Under the pieces are notes generated by a model. The model worked only from the letters and a program-made list of their open reading frames with translations. It was not told the origin of the DNA and did not search any database. From positions 186,001 to 250,000 of the forward strand of contig CBFFRP010000430.1 in NCBI GenBank assembly GCA_965644295.1: a stretch of DNA of 64,000 nucleotides, read 5' to 3'. The DNA is from Paraphysomonas bandaiensis (taxonomy: Eukaryota; Protista; Chrysophyceae). This document shows positions 1 through 12,268 of this stretch, in pieces. Position 1 is the stretch's first letter, and the number at the start of each line of letters is the position of its first letter. A program made the position numbers and the translations under genes.

Positions 1-585
1 TTACAGCATCATGAGTGTGTCATCAGTCTTACAGCATCATGAGTGTGTCATCAGTCTTACAGCATCATGAGTGTGTCATCAGCCTTACAGCATCATGAGT
101 GTGTCATCAGCCTTACAGTATCATGAGTGTGTCATCAGTCTTACAGCATCATGAGGAGGAGTGTGTCATCAGTCTTACAGCATCATGAGTGTGTCATCAG
201 TCTTACAGTATCATGAGTGTGTCATCAGCCTTACAGCATCATGAGTGTGTCATCAGCCTTACAGTATCATGAGTGTGTCGTCAGTCTTACAGCATCATGA
301 GTGTGTCATCAGTCTTACAGCATCATGAGTGTGTCATCAGCCTTACAGCATCATGAGTGTGTCATCAGTCTTACAGCATCATGAGTGTGTCATCAGCCTT
401 ACAGCATCATGAGTGTGTCATCAGCCTTACAGTATCATGAGTGTGTCATCAGTCTTACGGCATCATGAGTGTGTCATCAGTCTTACAGCATCATGAGTGT
501 GTCATCAGCCTTACAGCATCATGAGTGTGTCATCAGCCTTACAGTATCATGAGTGTGTCATCAGTCTTACAGCATCATGAGTGTA
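1..585. repeat. 28-bp tandem minisatellite (~21 copies, runs off window start)
   Basis: Unit TTACAGCATCATGAGTGTGTCATCAG(T/C)C repeated head-to-tail with few variants and no spacers. Confidence 0.97.
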
Positions 586-650
586 GAGGTTCATTGGTAA
601 GTATAACGACTCATGGATTATTCATCATTAACAGCGAATAAATTTTTATA

Positions 651-1406
651 GGTACGTGAACTCAAAGAGGAACTTGTTCATTATTGATTATACGAGGGAG
701 AACAGAATGTGCAAATCTTATATAGATATGTTTCATTCCGTCAAAAGGAAAGATCGACTTTCACTGGGGGAATGTAGGGAGAGGTGTAGTATTGTACTTA
801 TGCGTCTGAATAGAGTACTAATCATTCTGTAACAGATTTCTCAGTATGTATGTTGTTCGAGAGGTTCCCTACAAAGTGAAGCGCAGAACCTGCACCTCTC
901 TTGTTTGTAGCTGCCCTAGGTTTTGGGACAATGGTCGATACTGCCCCCACTCGCTAGCAGTACATCACTTGAGAGGTATGGGTAGTACATTTCTTTGTTA
1001 ATTATATTTCTTAATATTGCCACCAGGGGACATTGATGTGAAGCACATGTCCAGCTCGATCAGGCCTGCTAGGAAACGCAGCCGGCCTCGCAATGCAGCA
1101 AAAGCTTTAATCAATGATGAATCCATTGATGTCATGGCCCTCAAGCCAGGGAACTGGAAGAATACGTACGTTCGCCACCCCCAGTACCTGAATGGTATGT
1201 GCGTAGATTACCGCGTAGTGGCGAATCACAAGAATGAAAAACTCCTTCGATGGCAGTGTCGGTTCTCGGATGCCCCTGATGACATACTTCCATACCCTAA
1301 GATTGTTGGGTTCGATGCCCATGAAATGAAGGAGGCTGTCGAACTTCACCGGACTTGGTCACGAGAAACTGCGCATTTCTCGTTCGATTGCGAAGACGAA
1401 ATGTGA
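651..1406 (+). mobile_element. 3' part of a spliced Mutator-like (MULE) transposase gene with SWIM zinc finger
   Basis: Splicing GT-AG introns at ~784-835 and ~977-1026 gives ...LVCSCPRFWDNGRYCPHSLAV...RKRSRPR. This is a CxCxnCxH SWIM motif plus an AT-hook-like motif, typical of MULE transposase C-termini, and a TIR-like end follows. Confidence 0.65.
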
Positions 1407-1489
1407 TGCATTGCATGTGTACAATAGATGCATTTGTATTAATTGATGGCTAGAGTATGCTCCCATGTTTGAGTAGAAGTTATTATTTT

Positions 1490-1653
1490 TGACTAGGTGA
1501 ATACCTTAAAACACCTAGTCAACCTAGTCATTGTAAACTGAAAATATGAATTATTAAATGACTAGGTTTTTCACCTACTTGACTAGGTTTTTACACCAAT
1601 TTTGGTGTGACTAGGTAGTTCAACCATTTTGACTAGGTTGAATAATACATCCC
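1490..1653. mobile_element. Putative transposon terminal repeat with multiple GACTAGG/CCTAGTC motifs, ending ...ATCCC
   Basis: Seven GACTAGG-type motifs. A related copy lies at 58566-58650. Confidence 0.6.
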
Positions 1654-2674
1654 CACAAGCTTGTGCTTCTTCATAATCAGATTTTCAATGATAAATAAAT
1701 AGGTTTGCTCGCGTAATGTGTACTTTACTGTTTCTTATCTGACAGCTACGATATATAAGAGCAAGAAGTCGCTTAAATACCTATATTTACTTTCACTACT
1801 CCTTATTCTTGATGCTCTGTGCACATTTATTTTGTCAACTTCTGTTATGTACTATATACGAGGAATAGCAGTTAGCAATTCTATTACTTGAGAAATTAAA
1901 ATACGATTACTTACCTGAGAAGTTGCTGGTTGCTAAGCTAAGAACTAAGTAAAAATATTTCATTGTTGTTATTATTGACTATAAACAACAGGATGAAGCT
2001 TGTACAATTGGGGAGTAGAGACTAAAGAGGGGCTTCCCTCCCCCCGCCGTTTTTAGTACTGATTCAGTCAATAAAGTACTGATTAATTGATATGATCCTT
2101 CCAGGGATATAGTCCATGATCCATGAACACCAGAATAGAATCGTAGGTGTACATACGTGGAGGCTTCGCTGTATCTTTCGCTGTATATGTATCAAGTTGT
2201 TTGACAAAGTACACTTGCTTATGTAGGTGACAACTATATATTAGCTTGCCCTACTATAAGACATTGTGAAAAATAATTTTCACTTTACTCCTTGCATGGT
2301 TTTGAGCGTAACTAGTAACTAGCGACCAGTCAGTTCGAGATCAGTCAAATAAGTTGATAAAATATTGTAGCATGATACATGAGCAGGACACAAAACTATT
2401 CGATTAGAAGCCCGATTCTTCAACAGTATGAAATACTTAGACGAATGAGAGATACATTTCGGGTAGTAACTCTAAAATAAAAGCAGCGTCAGCAACAACA
2501 AGAAATTTCTTTATTACCATATCCCGAGATACCACATAGAAATTATATTCCCACATTAGATAAAGCAAAAAGGTTGACGTCTTATAATTCTCCACGCCAA
2601 CTACTACCCACTATCCACAATAATGTACAGAAATTGAGTGGTGTGAAGTCTCTCTCCTGCGCAGACAGTCAATC

Positions 2675-3553
2675 TCAGAACACCCCTGGGTCTCTTTCAT
2701 GGTCATCTCTGGGTCCAATTTCTAAAGCGATCACAGATACAAGTAGCATTATTACATGATTTATTCGACACAGAAATATTTACCATCATCGTCGTGGTGT
2801 GACATGATTCCGCGGCTGACCCCACCGCTAGGAGGATCATAGTATGAATCAGCACGACCACCAGATTTTGACTGGGCATATCCTATTGGACAACAATCGG
2901 TTATTGAAATAATAACGTCAGATATTAATATGTTTTGGTGTACCAAGTGTGTCATATGCGCTTTGGCCCATGCTAGTATCCATGCTGTATGCACCTCCTA
3001 AGGAAGAAAAGAAATGCGTTGCCGAGTAAAGCGCTGCCAGCTACACCACACTGTTCTCAATAGCTAATGACACATTTCCATTCACACACCTTGGTAAAAA
3101 GGGAGAACACTAGCATTGTCAAAGCGAACTTAAAAGTTGATCCATTTCCTTCAGACCCTAATAAAAGATTAGCACAAGACCATATGAATACATTCACACA
3201 AACCATATAAGGCACAATATATCACGTCCAAAAATATTGATAAGAATAGAAAACATATCAATCTGTTGATAAGATATTATTAATCTCATTAGATATGCTT
3301 AATTGATAGATACCCAAAAGTAGCCCGTCCATGTTTACTAAATGCACAATATGCCCCCCAAAAACCCAATACAACATTGTATGATGGGAATGAATATTCT
3401 GCACTGACTTGTGTTAACATTCCACAAAAAACAAGTATCCATGATGCACGTTCCACATTAGATGAGCATTCTGTTCATAAGGTTGATAGTTAGTGTGTAA
3501 TAAGATGTATGTCAAGGTAGAATAGACATACTTTTTATTAACTCTTCATCCAT
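2675..3553 (-). CDS. Small multi-exon membrane protein, AGTRAP-like
   Basis: Spliced read MDEELIKKCSSNVERASWILVFCGMLTQVSAEYSFPSYNVVLGFWGAYC...LSIFLDVIYC...FKFALTMLVFSLFTK...GVF*. Several TM segments and short GT-AG introns. Family call from motif memory. Confidence 0.6.
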
Positions 3554-3645
3554 TTGAATTACTTAAATTATTAATATCAGTTGAGGGTTATGTCTAGATA
3601 TATTGAGATCCTGCTGTGTATATAATGAGATGTGTTTAATGAATG

Positions 3646-3731
3646 TGTATGTATGTATGTATGTATGTATGTATGTATGTATGTATGTATGTATGTATGT
3701 ATGTATGTGAGTGTGTATATATATATATATG
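3646..3731. repeat. (TATG)n plus (TA)n microsatellite
   Basis: Directly visible. Confidence 0.95.
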
Positions 3732-3851
3732 TGAGCTATCTATAGCAATTCTACGCACCTTCTTTCTTATTATTCTATCCGTTATGATATATATTGAAGA
3801 ATTATAGAAATGGTTTTATATATTATATATAAAGTGGGGAATTATCAGCAA

Positions 3852-3923
3852 GCGGGGATAGCTCAGCGGTAGAGCAATTGATTGCAGCTCAATAGGCCAT
3901 TGGTTCGAATCCGATTTCTCGCT
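3852..3923 (+). tRNA. trnC: tRNA-Cys (GCA)
   Basis: Cloverleaf: acceptor GCGGGGA/TTCTCGC, D arm GCTC/GAGC, anticodon arm ATTGA-TTGCAGC-TCAAT, T arm ATTGG-TTCGAAT-CCGAT, U73 discriminator, downstream T-run. Confidence 0.95.
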
Positions 3924-4024
3924 TCTCCTTTTTTGGTTTTGAGCTATGATCTTATGATATCCTACATAACAAAATACAATGAGAGAATATATATAATGTA
4001 ATTTTAGCCGGCAGCTGATAGCAA

Positions 4025-4096
4025 GCGGGGATAGCTCAGCGGTAGAGCAATTGATTGCAGCTCAATAGGCCATTGGTTCGAATCCGATTTCTCGCT
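4025..4096 (+). tRNA. trnC: tRNA-Cys (GCA), identical second copy
   Basis: Identical to 3852-3923 and followed by a T-run Pol III terminator. Confidence 0.95.
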
Positions 4097-4409
4097 TCTT
4101 CTTTTTTGGGTTTTTACAACAAATTTCCACCAAAAAGCCTAAGAAAACCAAAACATATGTCTATATATCCTAATATTCACATCTAATTTCTGGAAAATTA
4201 GCTGCTTTTAAATGTGCGGTGGGGAACAAGGCGTAAAATAGTGGCTTGGGATTCTTTTTCTTTGCTACCATACTCTCCATATACACACATATAAAAAGGG
4301 TGGTTGTGAAGATATTATACTATCAAGTACATTCCTGATCATTCCAATCGAATAATTTGTTGTTCCATATATATTTATATCACATTCAATCAATAACTTG
4401 TTCTTCAAA

Positions 4410-5271
4410 ATGATGTACAGCAGATCTGCATTGAGTTTGGTTCGTAGAAGTGTTGCAAGAGGAGTCACTGTGCCTCTTCTTAGACTTTCTCCCACTGTTT
4501 TACACGCCCCTAGATGTCAGTTTTCTACTAATGCCTCAGAGAGTGGCATTCAGCTCGCTGAAGTTCTAACTGGCGAAATACTTCATGAAACAGCTAATGC
4601 TGAAGGTGTTAATTCCTGCTATTTTTATAGTGTTGTAATGCTATATTATAGTTGACGAGGACTATGAAGACGTCAAGACCCTGATAGAGAAGACATTCAA
4701 GATTACTGACAAGGAGGGCTTGGGAGAGGTTATCTTGGAGAGAAAGTACAAAGATGAGCTTATTACTGTGAAATTTGATTGCCAAGATGAGGTCGAAGAC
4801 CATGACACTGATTCTGGATATGACGATATTGAGAATGAGCTCAGGCAGAAGTCTGAAGTCACAGTTAGATCAGATGAAATCCCGGATGTTGAGGATGTCC
4901 CCAACACTTTTGGTATTAATTTTGAAGTTACTGTCCAAAAGGGTGAAACAAAGGTTGTTTTTAACTGTGTTGCCTCCCACTGTGTGACAATTGAGAATGT
5001 GCGCTTCGTCCCGGCCGGTACCCCCGATAACGCTGTCAATCTATACCACGGACCCCGCTACCTTGACTTGGACGAGAAAGTCAGAGAAGGTTGTACTTCT
5101 TCTCTTTGTTGATATGTTGCTTACATTGTTTGCTTAGGCTTCCAAGATTATCTCACCGAGAGAAAAATCGATGAGGACTTCAGCTACTATGTTGTTTCTG
5201 CCGCAAGATACAAGGAAGAACGCGAATATGTCAACTGGTTGCAAAAGATCACTGAGTTTTTGGAGGCCTAA
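4410..5271 (+). CDS. MAM33: Mitochondrial acidic matrix protein MAM33/p32 (C1QBP family)
   Basis: Exons 4410-4605, 4652-5089, 5138-5271. Basic presequence, YHGPRYLDLDE motif and C-terminal KEEREYVNWL. Confidence 0.88.
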
Positions 5272-6006
5272 GAACTTGTATTGATATGTGGCATGGTGCA
5301 CAACAAACTAATGATTTCGTAATAAAAGTATCATAGTTATATCAACATATTTGTCAGTGATTATTGCACACAACACGTATAAGTTACACATAATATTCAT
5401 ACGTTAACCACGGCTTCGCTAGTAAACTTAGCGTAGTAAAATCAGAAGTTAAATTTGTTTACAATGCAATCACCAGATTTCGACTGTTCATTTGGATATA
5501 TTACTTCAGTGAAATTATGTACTCTATGCATGAAATATATTACATATTACACACGGTAGAAACATTTTCCATAGGTTTTACAAAACACAGGGCCCGAATA
5601 GATACTACTATAACATATATCTAAATTCTTATTCTAGATTCTAGTATTTCTGGCTTCCCGAATTCTTACTTCTACGTGACCCACACCCAGTAGGTAAGGA
5701 CAATTATATTAAACTACAAAATTCTCTATGATTACACAGGGATTGTTTACACAGGACTACACACATCACTGAGATAAAGAAATATATAGAAACTGTAGTT
5801 AAAATGTAATGATCCTGAGTATTAACGTCATGTCCTTATCACGCATAATTGAATGTCAAATCCAATACACCATACACCGGGGCTCTTTCTAGCACAAATA
5901 AAATCGAAATGGTAACACAACCAACTAAGCTTGTTCGTTACGAGTAAATATACGCTAATCTACAACACTTAAGCATTTCTGATATACATTGGGATCACAC
6001 GCTACT

Positions 6007-6384
6007 CTAGAGCCTCACACGCTGCGATATCCACGACTCTGTTGAGGATGACTCAAAACTACTCTGAGATAAACTAATCTGCGTTTCACGAGGAGCTTTC
6101 AATGGGTAAAACACTAAACTCGATTGCTCAGTATCTTTCCGTTTACGATGACTTTGGTTTTCTTTTGGCTCTTTCTTTACCGTGTTTACAGTAGATTGAA
6201 GTTCTTCATCAACGACTAGTACATGATCTAGTTCTTCTTCAAGTGAGTCATGAACAGGAGATAGAAGACGTGGAGATGGATCAACTGTAGTTGGTTTCTT
6301 CTTTTTACTGTATGTCCTTAAAACTTTATTATTATTTTCAATAATCTCTTCAGGTGGCATTGTTTTTGTAAACTGATTTTCCAT
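6007..6384 (-). CDS. Hypothetical low-complexity protein (may continue in downstream exons)
   Basis: Open frame MENQFTKTMPPEEIIE...RTYSKKKK. No recognisable domain. Sits divergently from the next gene like the other pairs. Confidence 0.4.
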   Translation of the reverse strand: MENQFTKTMPPEEIIENNNKVLRTYSKKKKPTTVDPSPRLLSPVHDSLEEELDHVLVVDEELQSTVNTVKKEPKENQSHRKRKDTEQSSLVFYPLKAPRETQISLSQSSFESSSTESWISQRVRL

Positions 6385-7057
6385 ATAGCAATACGTGTAA
6401 TAGCTATTCAATTCACTGGACTTTTATGGATAATATAAATTGCAGTGGGTGTGTATATGAGATAGTTAACATCCATTTAATGCAGTTAATATAACACTGA
6501 TAATGAATGTATGTGTGAAGTACAGTACGAACTAGTTAACGTGTATTTCCATATATATAACAACTGCTGCATCGAAGTTGAAGAAGTTATACTTCGGTGT
6601 CTCTATGAGATACGAGACTCATTTAGAAGTGAAGTGAACATATGCATATCAGCATAGTGTATATATCTAACTTCGATGTGATACTTCATATCAAAGATAC
6701 GCGAACCTTATTACCTCTGCATATATCCATATATAAGATATGTAGAGGATGGAATGGAATCATTGCTAACCGTGTCGTCCGTACCCACAAACCCAGCAGC
6801 GTTGTACTTCCCTACCCGTACATACATACCAAAATAGTATGGTACACTGTACCTATACCAAATGTGTTGGTTCGTATACGATATATACATACATAAACTA
6901 TGATCGTACCTACAGAACTATCAACACGTACGGTGCAGAGTACATCTCCGGTACAGCAGTAGCAGTGGTCCTCATGTACATTCTGGCGCCTTACCACAGA
7001 CAGAACCATATATTTAAGTCAATACATTGAAACCGTATTAACATCACACCATTCATA

Positions 7058-8355
7058 ATGGAGATTGGCTTAATGCAAAGTAGTGATAAGGAAACTACAG
7101 TGAAGAGAGTTGGTGGGCTTCTATTAGAAGGATGGAAGCTTCTTAATATGACATGTCCTATATGTAATAACGCCCTTATGAGTAAAGGAGACAGTTGCTT
7201 ATGTCCACACTGTAATTTACCTGTTGTTAAAGAATCTGATGCTGGAAATAAACTGATCAGTGATGTACCAGTGACTAATGTGAGCCCTGCTGTAGAGACA
7301 GAGTGGATGAGTGACAATAAGCGTAAGCATGAGAGTTTAGAAGATGCCAAGAAGGAGTATGATAAGAGTAGGGCCCATCAGAATCTTGTCAGCTCTAAGA
7401 TTGGCGAAAAACTTTTGCTAGGATGGACTCTACTCTCTGCTGAATGTCCTCAAGCATCATGTGGTGGAGTTCCCCTCATGAGTAAGAAGGGTGGCCCGAA
7501 GTACTGTGTTTCATGTGATAGTACATATGATACTACGAATTCAGTACCCAAGCAAGGTAAGTTGCGAAGATCGTGTTTGTTTATTGATCTACTTTTACTA
7601 GTTTGTATGATGCTCTGTAGTAGCCGTGGCCAAAACGACGGAAGCTGTGCAAAGCGTTGGCAGTCAAAAAGATACAACTGCTGTCGATTACAGCGATATG
7701 ACTTCTGCTCCGTTCCTAGATGATGTTGGAAATATAGTGCCAGATGGGGAGCCTACAGAATGTGCAGATACTAAGCTCATAGAGGAAACCAGCGCACTCA
7801 TCGGCTCAAAACTGATAATAGGTTGGAAATTGCTGGACGCTGTGTGTGAGGGCGCATGCAAGGGCACAGTCCCTCTGATGGTCGACCCCAAGAGAAGTGG
7901 AACGGTAAGTAGAGCTACGTTTAAATCTTCGCTTCTTTATTCTTCTATGTGTGACAGAGGTACTGTGTGAGATGTGGGTACGAGGACGATAAGGCACCTT
8001 CACTGATGTCTCCACGAGTTGAAGCTTCGGAAGCTGAGAGTGTTAGCGATGTAGAAGATACCGACGATGCTGTGATCTCAGCATACAATGAAAAAAGGCG
8101 AAGAGAAGTGACTGCTGCAAGTGTATCTGCGGACGTCCATACTCCCAACGACAGTCTTGCAGGGGCTGTTAACTGCATTCATCAGGTACGGACACATTTT
8201 TCTACCAATGGTGCTTTAATTTATGTACACCGTAGAAAATTACGTGGGCAACCCAGAAGTTGAATGCCACTGTTAACGTTCAGGAATGCACTCAATATGC
8301 GCAACTTATAAAATCTCTTGCAGAAGCACTTGCTGCGTTGAAGTCTGTATCGTAG
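7058..8355 (+). CDS. SSSCA1/ZNRD2 (Auto_anti-p27) family protein with three zinc-ribbon repeats
   Basis: Three GxxLLxGWxLLxxxC...PLM...C-x-x-C units. C-terminal ITWATQKL...QLIKSLAEALAAL helix resembles SSSCA1. Three short introns. Confidence 0.8.
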
Positions 8356-8485
8356 AAATGCATTTGAAATATAGCTGTAATAAGATTGCATATTGAGCTT
8401 TTATATCTTCTTTCGAGAAAAGTTCCACTGCAAGCACTATGTTCGCCGTGGTATTAAATCAATCGTTACATAGCATGCCCCCATC

Positions 8486-9347
8486 TAGTTATATTTAACC
8501 ACGGGCAATAAGGAGGCTATATCGTCCCGCGCTCAAAATTTTGAAACGAGGGCGAAAAGCCCGAGTTTTAAAATTTAGACAAGGGACAATACTCCTTATC
8601 CCTAGGTTAGATTGTAGCTTATCCTCATGACGTTGAAAAGTTAATATTAGATTGTATAGCTATTTGTAGCATGCTTGCTGTATTAAGAAATAGATGTTCC
8701 CTGATTAACATTAATAACACAAATGAGAACTCATATGTTTCAAATCAATGATATGTATACACTGTAAGTGTGATGATAAACGTAAACAGTTGAAGGTGAA
8801 AGAGAGGCCTCTTATTGCCTTAATTAGCATCATCATCATATTTATATACAGCAGGCTTTACCTCTGCAAGTTGCACCTGATCGGAAGATGTGTGTATGAT
8901 ATGAGACACACAATATCCTGAGATGCACGATATGGCTCAAACCCTGAAAGAACTGGTGCCACTGCTCCTAACCACCTATATAGCATCAGATATGGTACTT
9001 AAACTCTCCTGTAATATTCTTGAAGTTGTTTCGAAGTCCTCGATATGAAGACAGATCACTTGCACTGACATCGTTGTGATCTTCTACAGCAGTCGAAGGA
9101 TGGAATATAACCTGGAGTTAGATGATCTGCTCTTGATATTTGGCTCATGATTGTGGTTTATCTATAATTGTGTACTATAATGAAATCACGTACATATGAC
9201 TGTCATTATCATAATGAAGATAGAAGTGAGCTTCTGTTGAACCGAATATTGAAGTTGAATGTCTATATTTGCCCGGTGCTGATATGAGTGCCCTGTTGAG
9301 TCAAAATCAGGTCAAGAATAAGCTCATTTTGAGACAAAATGGGGATA
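8486..9347. mobile_element. 862-bp non-coding insertion with subterminal palindrome and no TSD (Crypton-like, tentative)
   Basis: Flanks GCCCCCATC| and |ATATCATAACC are found joined without the insert at 9442-9461. Imperfect hairpin at ~8508-8599. Confidence 0.5.
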
Positions 9348-9753
9348 ATATCATAACCTGATCAGTACTTTATTTTTGGTAGAACAGTTCCACTGCAAGC
9401 ACTATGTTCGCCGTGGTATTAAATCAATCGTTACATAGCATGCCCCCATCATATCATAACCTGATCAGTACTTTATGTTTGGTAGAACGCAAGCAATACT
9501 AGCTAATCAGTAATAAAACTTGCTTTTTATAATACTAAAGTACTCAGCCAGAATCCTGCTATTACTGTTCTCTGTTACAACAGTTCTTAATGTTGTAACA
9601 GAGAACAATGGTTTTATGTCTCTAAGGTGGTAATCTGTACTGTGATCATAAACAATTCAGTGTTCGACGAATTTGACATCATGGTGTCCATTTTGACAAA
9701 AAGATTGAACGAGTGATCAATTCATCCTGGTTACAATAGTTGACTATTTACTC

Positions 9754-10476
9754 TTACTTACCATTACATTTATTATCTTTATCGTGCACAAAGTTATAAT
9801 ACAATTTTATGTTTCGTTGCGTATACAGTGTTCTTCTAACTTTGCGTTTGCTACATAGAAGCTTGTTTAGGTCCTGAGTTGAAGATTATTGATGCCGAAG
9901 AACGATTGTTACAGACTTACCTCAAGTGACATATCCCTGTGCTGATATATCATCCAGCACAATGCAATTGACGCTGCTCTGCCATGCCCTGCCTTGCAAT
10001 GTACGTAAACCTTCTCATTTCGTTTTTTATAGGTCTCTATGAACTTGACAGCCTCTTTCATGTATTCCAGCGATGGCTCAAAGTGATCAACAGAAGGTAA
10101 GCGCAACTGCTTTATTCCCGTACTCTTGTAAGCAGCAATGGGACCAGAATATTCACAGCACATGTTAACCACCCCTCTTACACCAAGATTCCAGAGCGAC
10201 TGTGGGTGTCCTAACAGAGCCATTGGTGCACATCCCAGTACAACCTGTACATCAATTACTATCCCTAATAATATTAGAATACAAACATACCGTTTCATCA
10301 ATCTCAGTCCAATAATTTCCTAGTCTAAGCGCAGCAGTTATTGGAAATGTTGGGTAGAAAAAGAGTTTGGACACAATTTCAGTTATGTCCTTTGAGAGCA
10401 TTTTCTTCTGGAACATAAAGTATACCACAGCACATGCAAATAATATGCACCATAGTATTTCACGAATGGACAGCAT
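9754..10476 (-). CDS. PTPMT1: Phosphatidylglycerophosphatase / dual-specificity phosphatase PTPMT1-like
   Basis: KLFFYPT N-terminal motif, VYVHCKAGHGRA P-loop, three exons. Confidence 0.85.
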
Positions 10477-10670
10477 AGTGATTATATCTTACTCAGTATT
10501 GATAGTCCAGTTTTGTTAATGCAAATGTTAAAGTTTGTGATCATGTATGTATGTAGGTACGTATGCACTGCTGTATGTACTGCTGTATATGACACACACT
10601 CATCGTCAGGTAGGAATCTACAGCATACTGCTGCTGTATACAGCAATAAAGTATTATTTAAAGTAACAAA

Positions 10671-11574
10671 ATGCTGAAAAGTCTATCAAAACATAGTGTT
10701 TTTAACATTTTCCCTGTTTTTTCTGTGTGGTTTTCTGGATATCTAGATTCCTGTTGTCGAAAATTGACACGATGCTCAACAAGAGCCTGTGGTGCATTAA
10801 ACTGATCAAATATTCACTTGCATCCACCATACAGGGACATATTTCATCATGGATGAAAATGTTGTTGATAATGTATACCAGATAGTGAAGCAGCATATTG
10901 AGAAATTCAGTGATCGGCAGGTGTGGGTTGGCATTATTGGACCCCCAGGAGCTGGTAAGGATGCTTGCATACATATATAGATAAAGATATGAACATATTA
11001 TGGTTTTGTCGTGCTGCAATTGATTAAATGAAGTTTTGTAGGGAAAAGTACAATAGCAACGGCTTTACGAGATAGAGTTTCGAATTCCATTGTCGTTCCT
11101 ATGGATGGCTTTCACCTCTATAAATCACAGCTGATGGAGATGGAAGATTCTAGTCTTGCTCTTCGCAAAAGGGGTTCACACTGGACTTTTGATGCTGAAA
11201 AATTTGTTTCAACTCTTATGATTGCAAAGCAAAAAGGCGAAGGTGTCTTCCCGTCATTTGATCATTCAGTAGGAGATCCTGTTGAAGGTAGTATCGTAGT
11301 GACCAGAGAACATGATGTCGTTATTGTTGAGGGACTTTATTTATTACTTCCTAATTCACCCTGGAATGAACTAAAGAACTTGCTTGATGTGACTATCTTT
11401 ATTGATTGCGATATGGACACTCTACGACGACGACTGGTGAGTAGGCATATGAACTGCTTCAACATGTCGGAGGAGCAAGCAGTCTATCGCGCTGAAGATA
11501 ATGACCTTCCCAATGCCATTCAGGTTTTGTCAACGAAAGTGAGCGCAGATTTCATTGTAGATAATAAGTCATAG
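10671..11574 (+). CDS. P-loop kinase, YFH7/YggC (PRK/uridine/pantothenate kinase-like) family; start uncertain (10671 or 10849)
   Basis: Walker A GIIGPPGAG|KST split by an intron, plus MDGFHL, RGSHWTFD and VIVEGLYLLL motifs. Confidence 0.82.
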
Positions 11575-12268
11575 TATTGTGTTTCAGTACTTGCTTGTGA
11601 TGCATGTAGCCATGGGTTATGCTCAGGGTAGTGGTATTCTAGACAAATATTTGGATGATTTACGTGGATTCAGCTTGTAATAAACTCTTTGTATTATATG
11701 TGATTTTAGAATCGGCACAAAATCTTAGTGTTGTCTTTGTTGTGTGTTCTGAATGGACCTACAACCTACTACACTCTACACCTCTACACTCTACACTATG
11801 GCCATTATCGGAATTGGGTACCCAGCGATTGAATAAAGAATAAAGTAAGTATTCGTGGTGTTAAGTAAGCAGCGATAATATTTTTAATTAAAATGTCTTT
11901 GCATTAAAATATTCAACTATCTGGTCATATGTGCTCGGAGCTAGGAACTAGCCAAGACCTTCTAGATATTAGATATCTAGATATCAACATTCAATATATA
12001 GACCACCAAATTCCAATTTTCTGGCTGCTGTGTTATACGTTCCGTGAATATACGTTAATCATGAAATTCTATTTAGCATTGTTTTCTGTCAAGGTCACGT
12101 TGCGTCTGAAAATTGTTTTGACAGCAGTTGTGAATACTACACTCAGGAATGTTGTCAGCTAAAAAAGTAATCAAGTTCAAATAATATAGATTTTATTAGC
12201 AATTCTGTCATCACAATGCTAGTAAAACCTCTGCATGTCCCGATCAAAATATTTGTCAGCAGTTACTC

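Noticed and set aside
1-585. CRISPR-like array
   Set aside because: Units are contiguous with no unique spacers, there are no cas genes and the context is eukaryotic.
3852-4096. Suppressor or recoding tRNA / alternative genetic code
   Set aside because: Anticodon GCA with U73 is ordinary tRNA-Cys. Apparent in-frame stops in genes are explained by short introns, and TAA, TAG and TGA all terminate genes.
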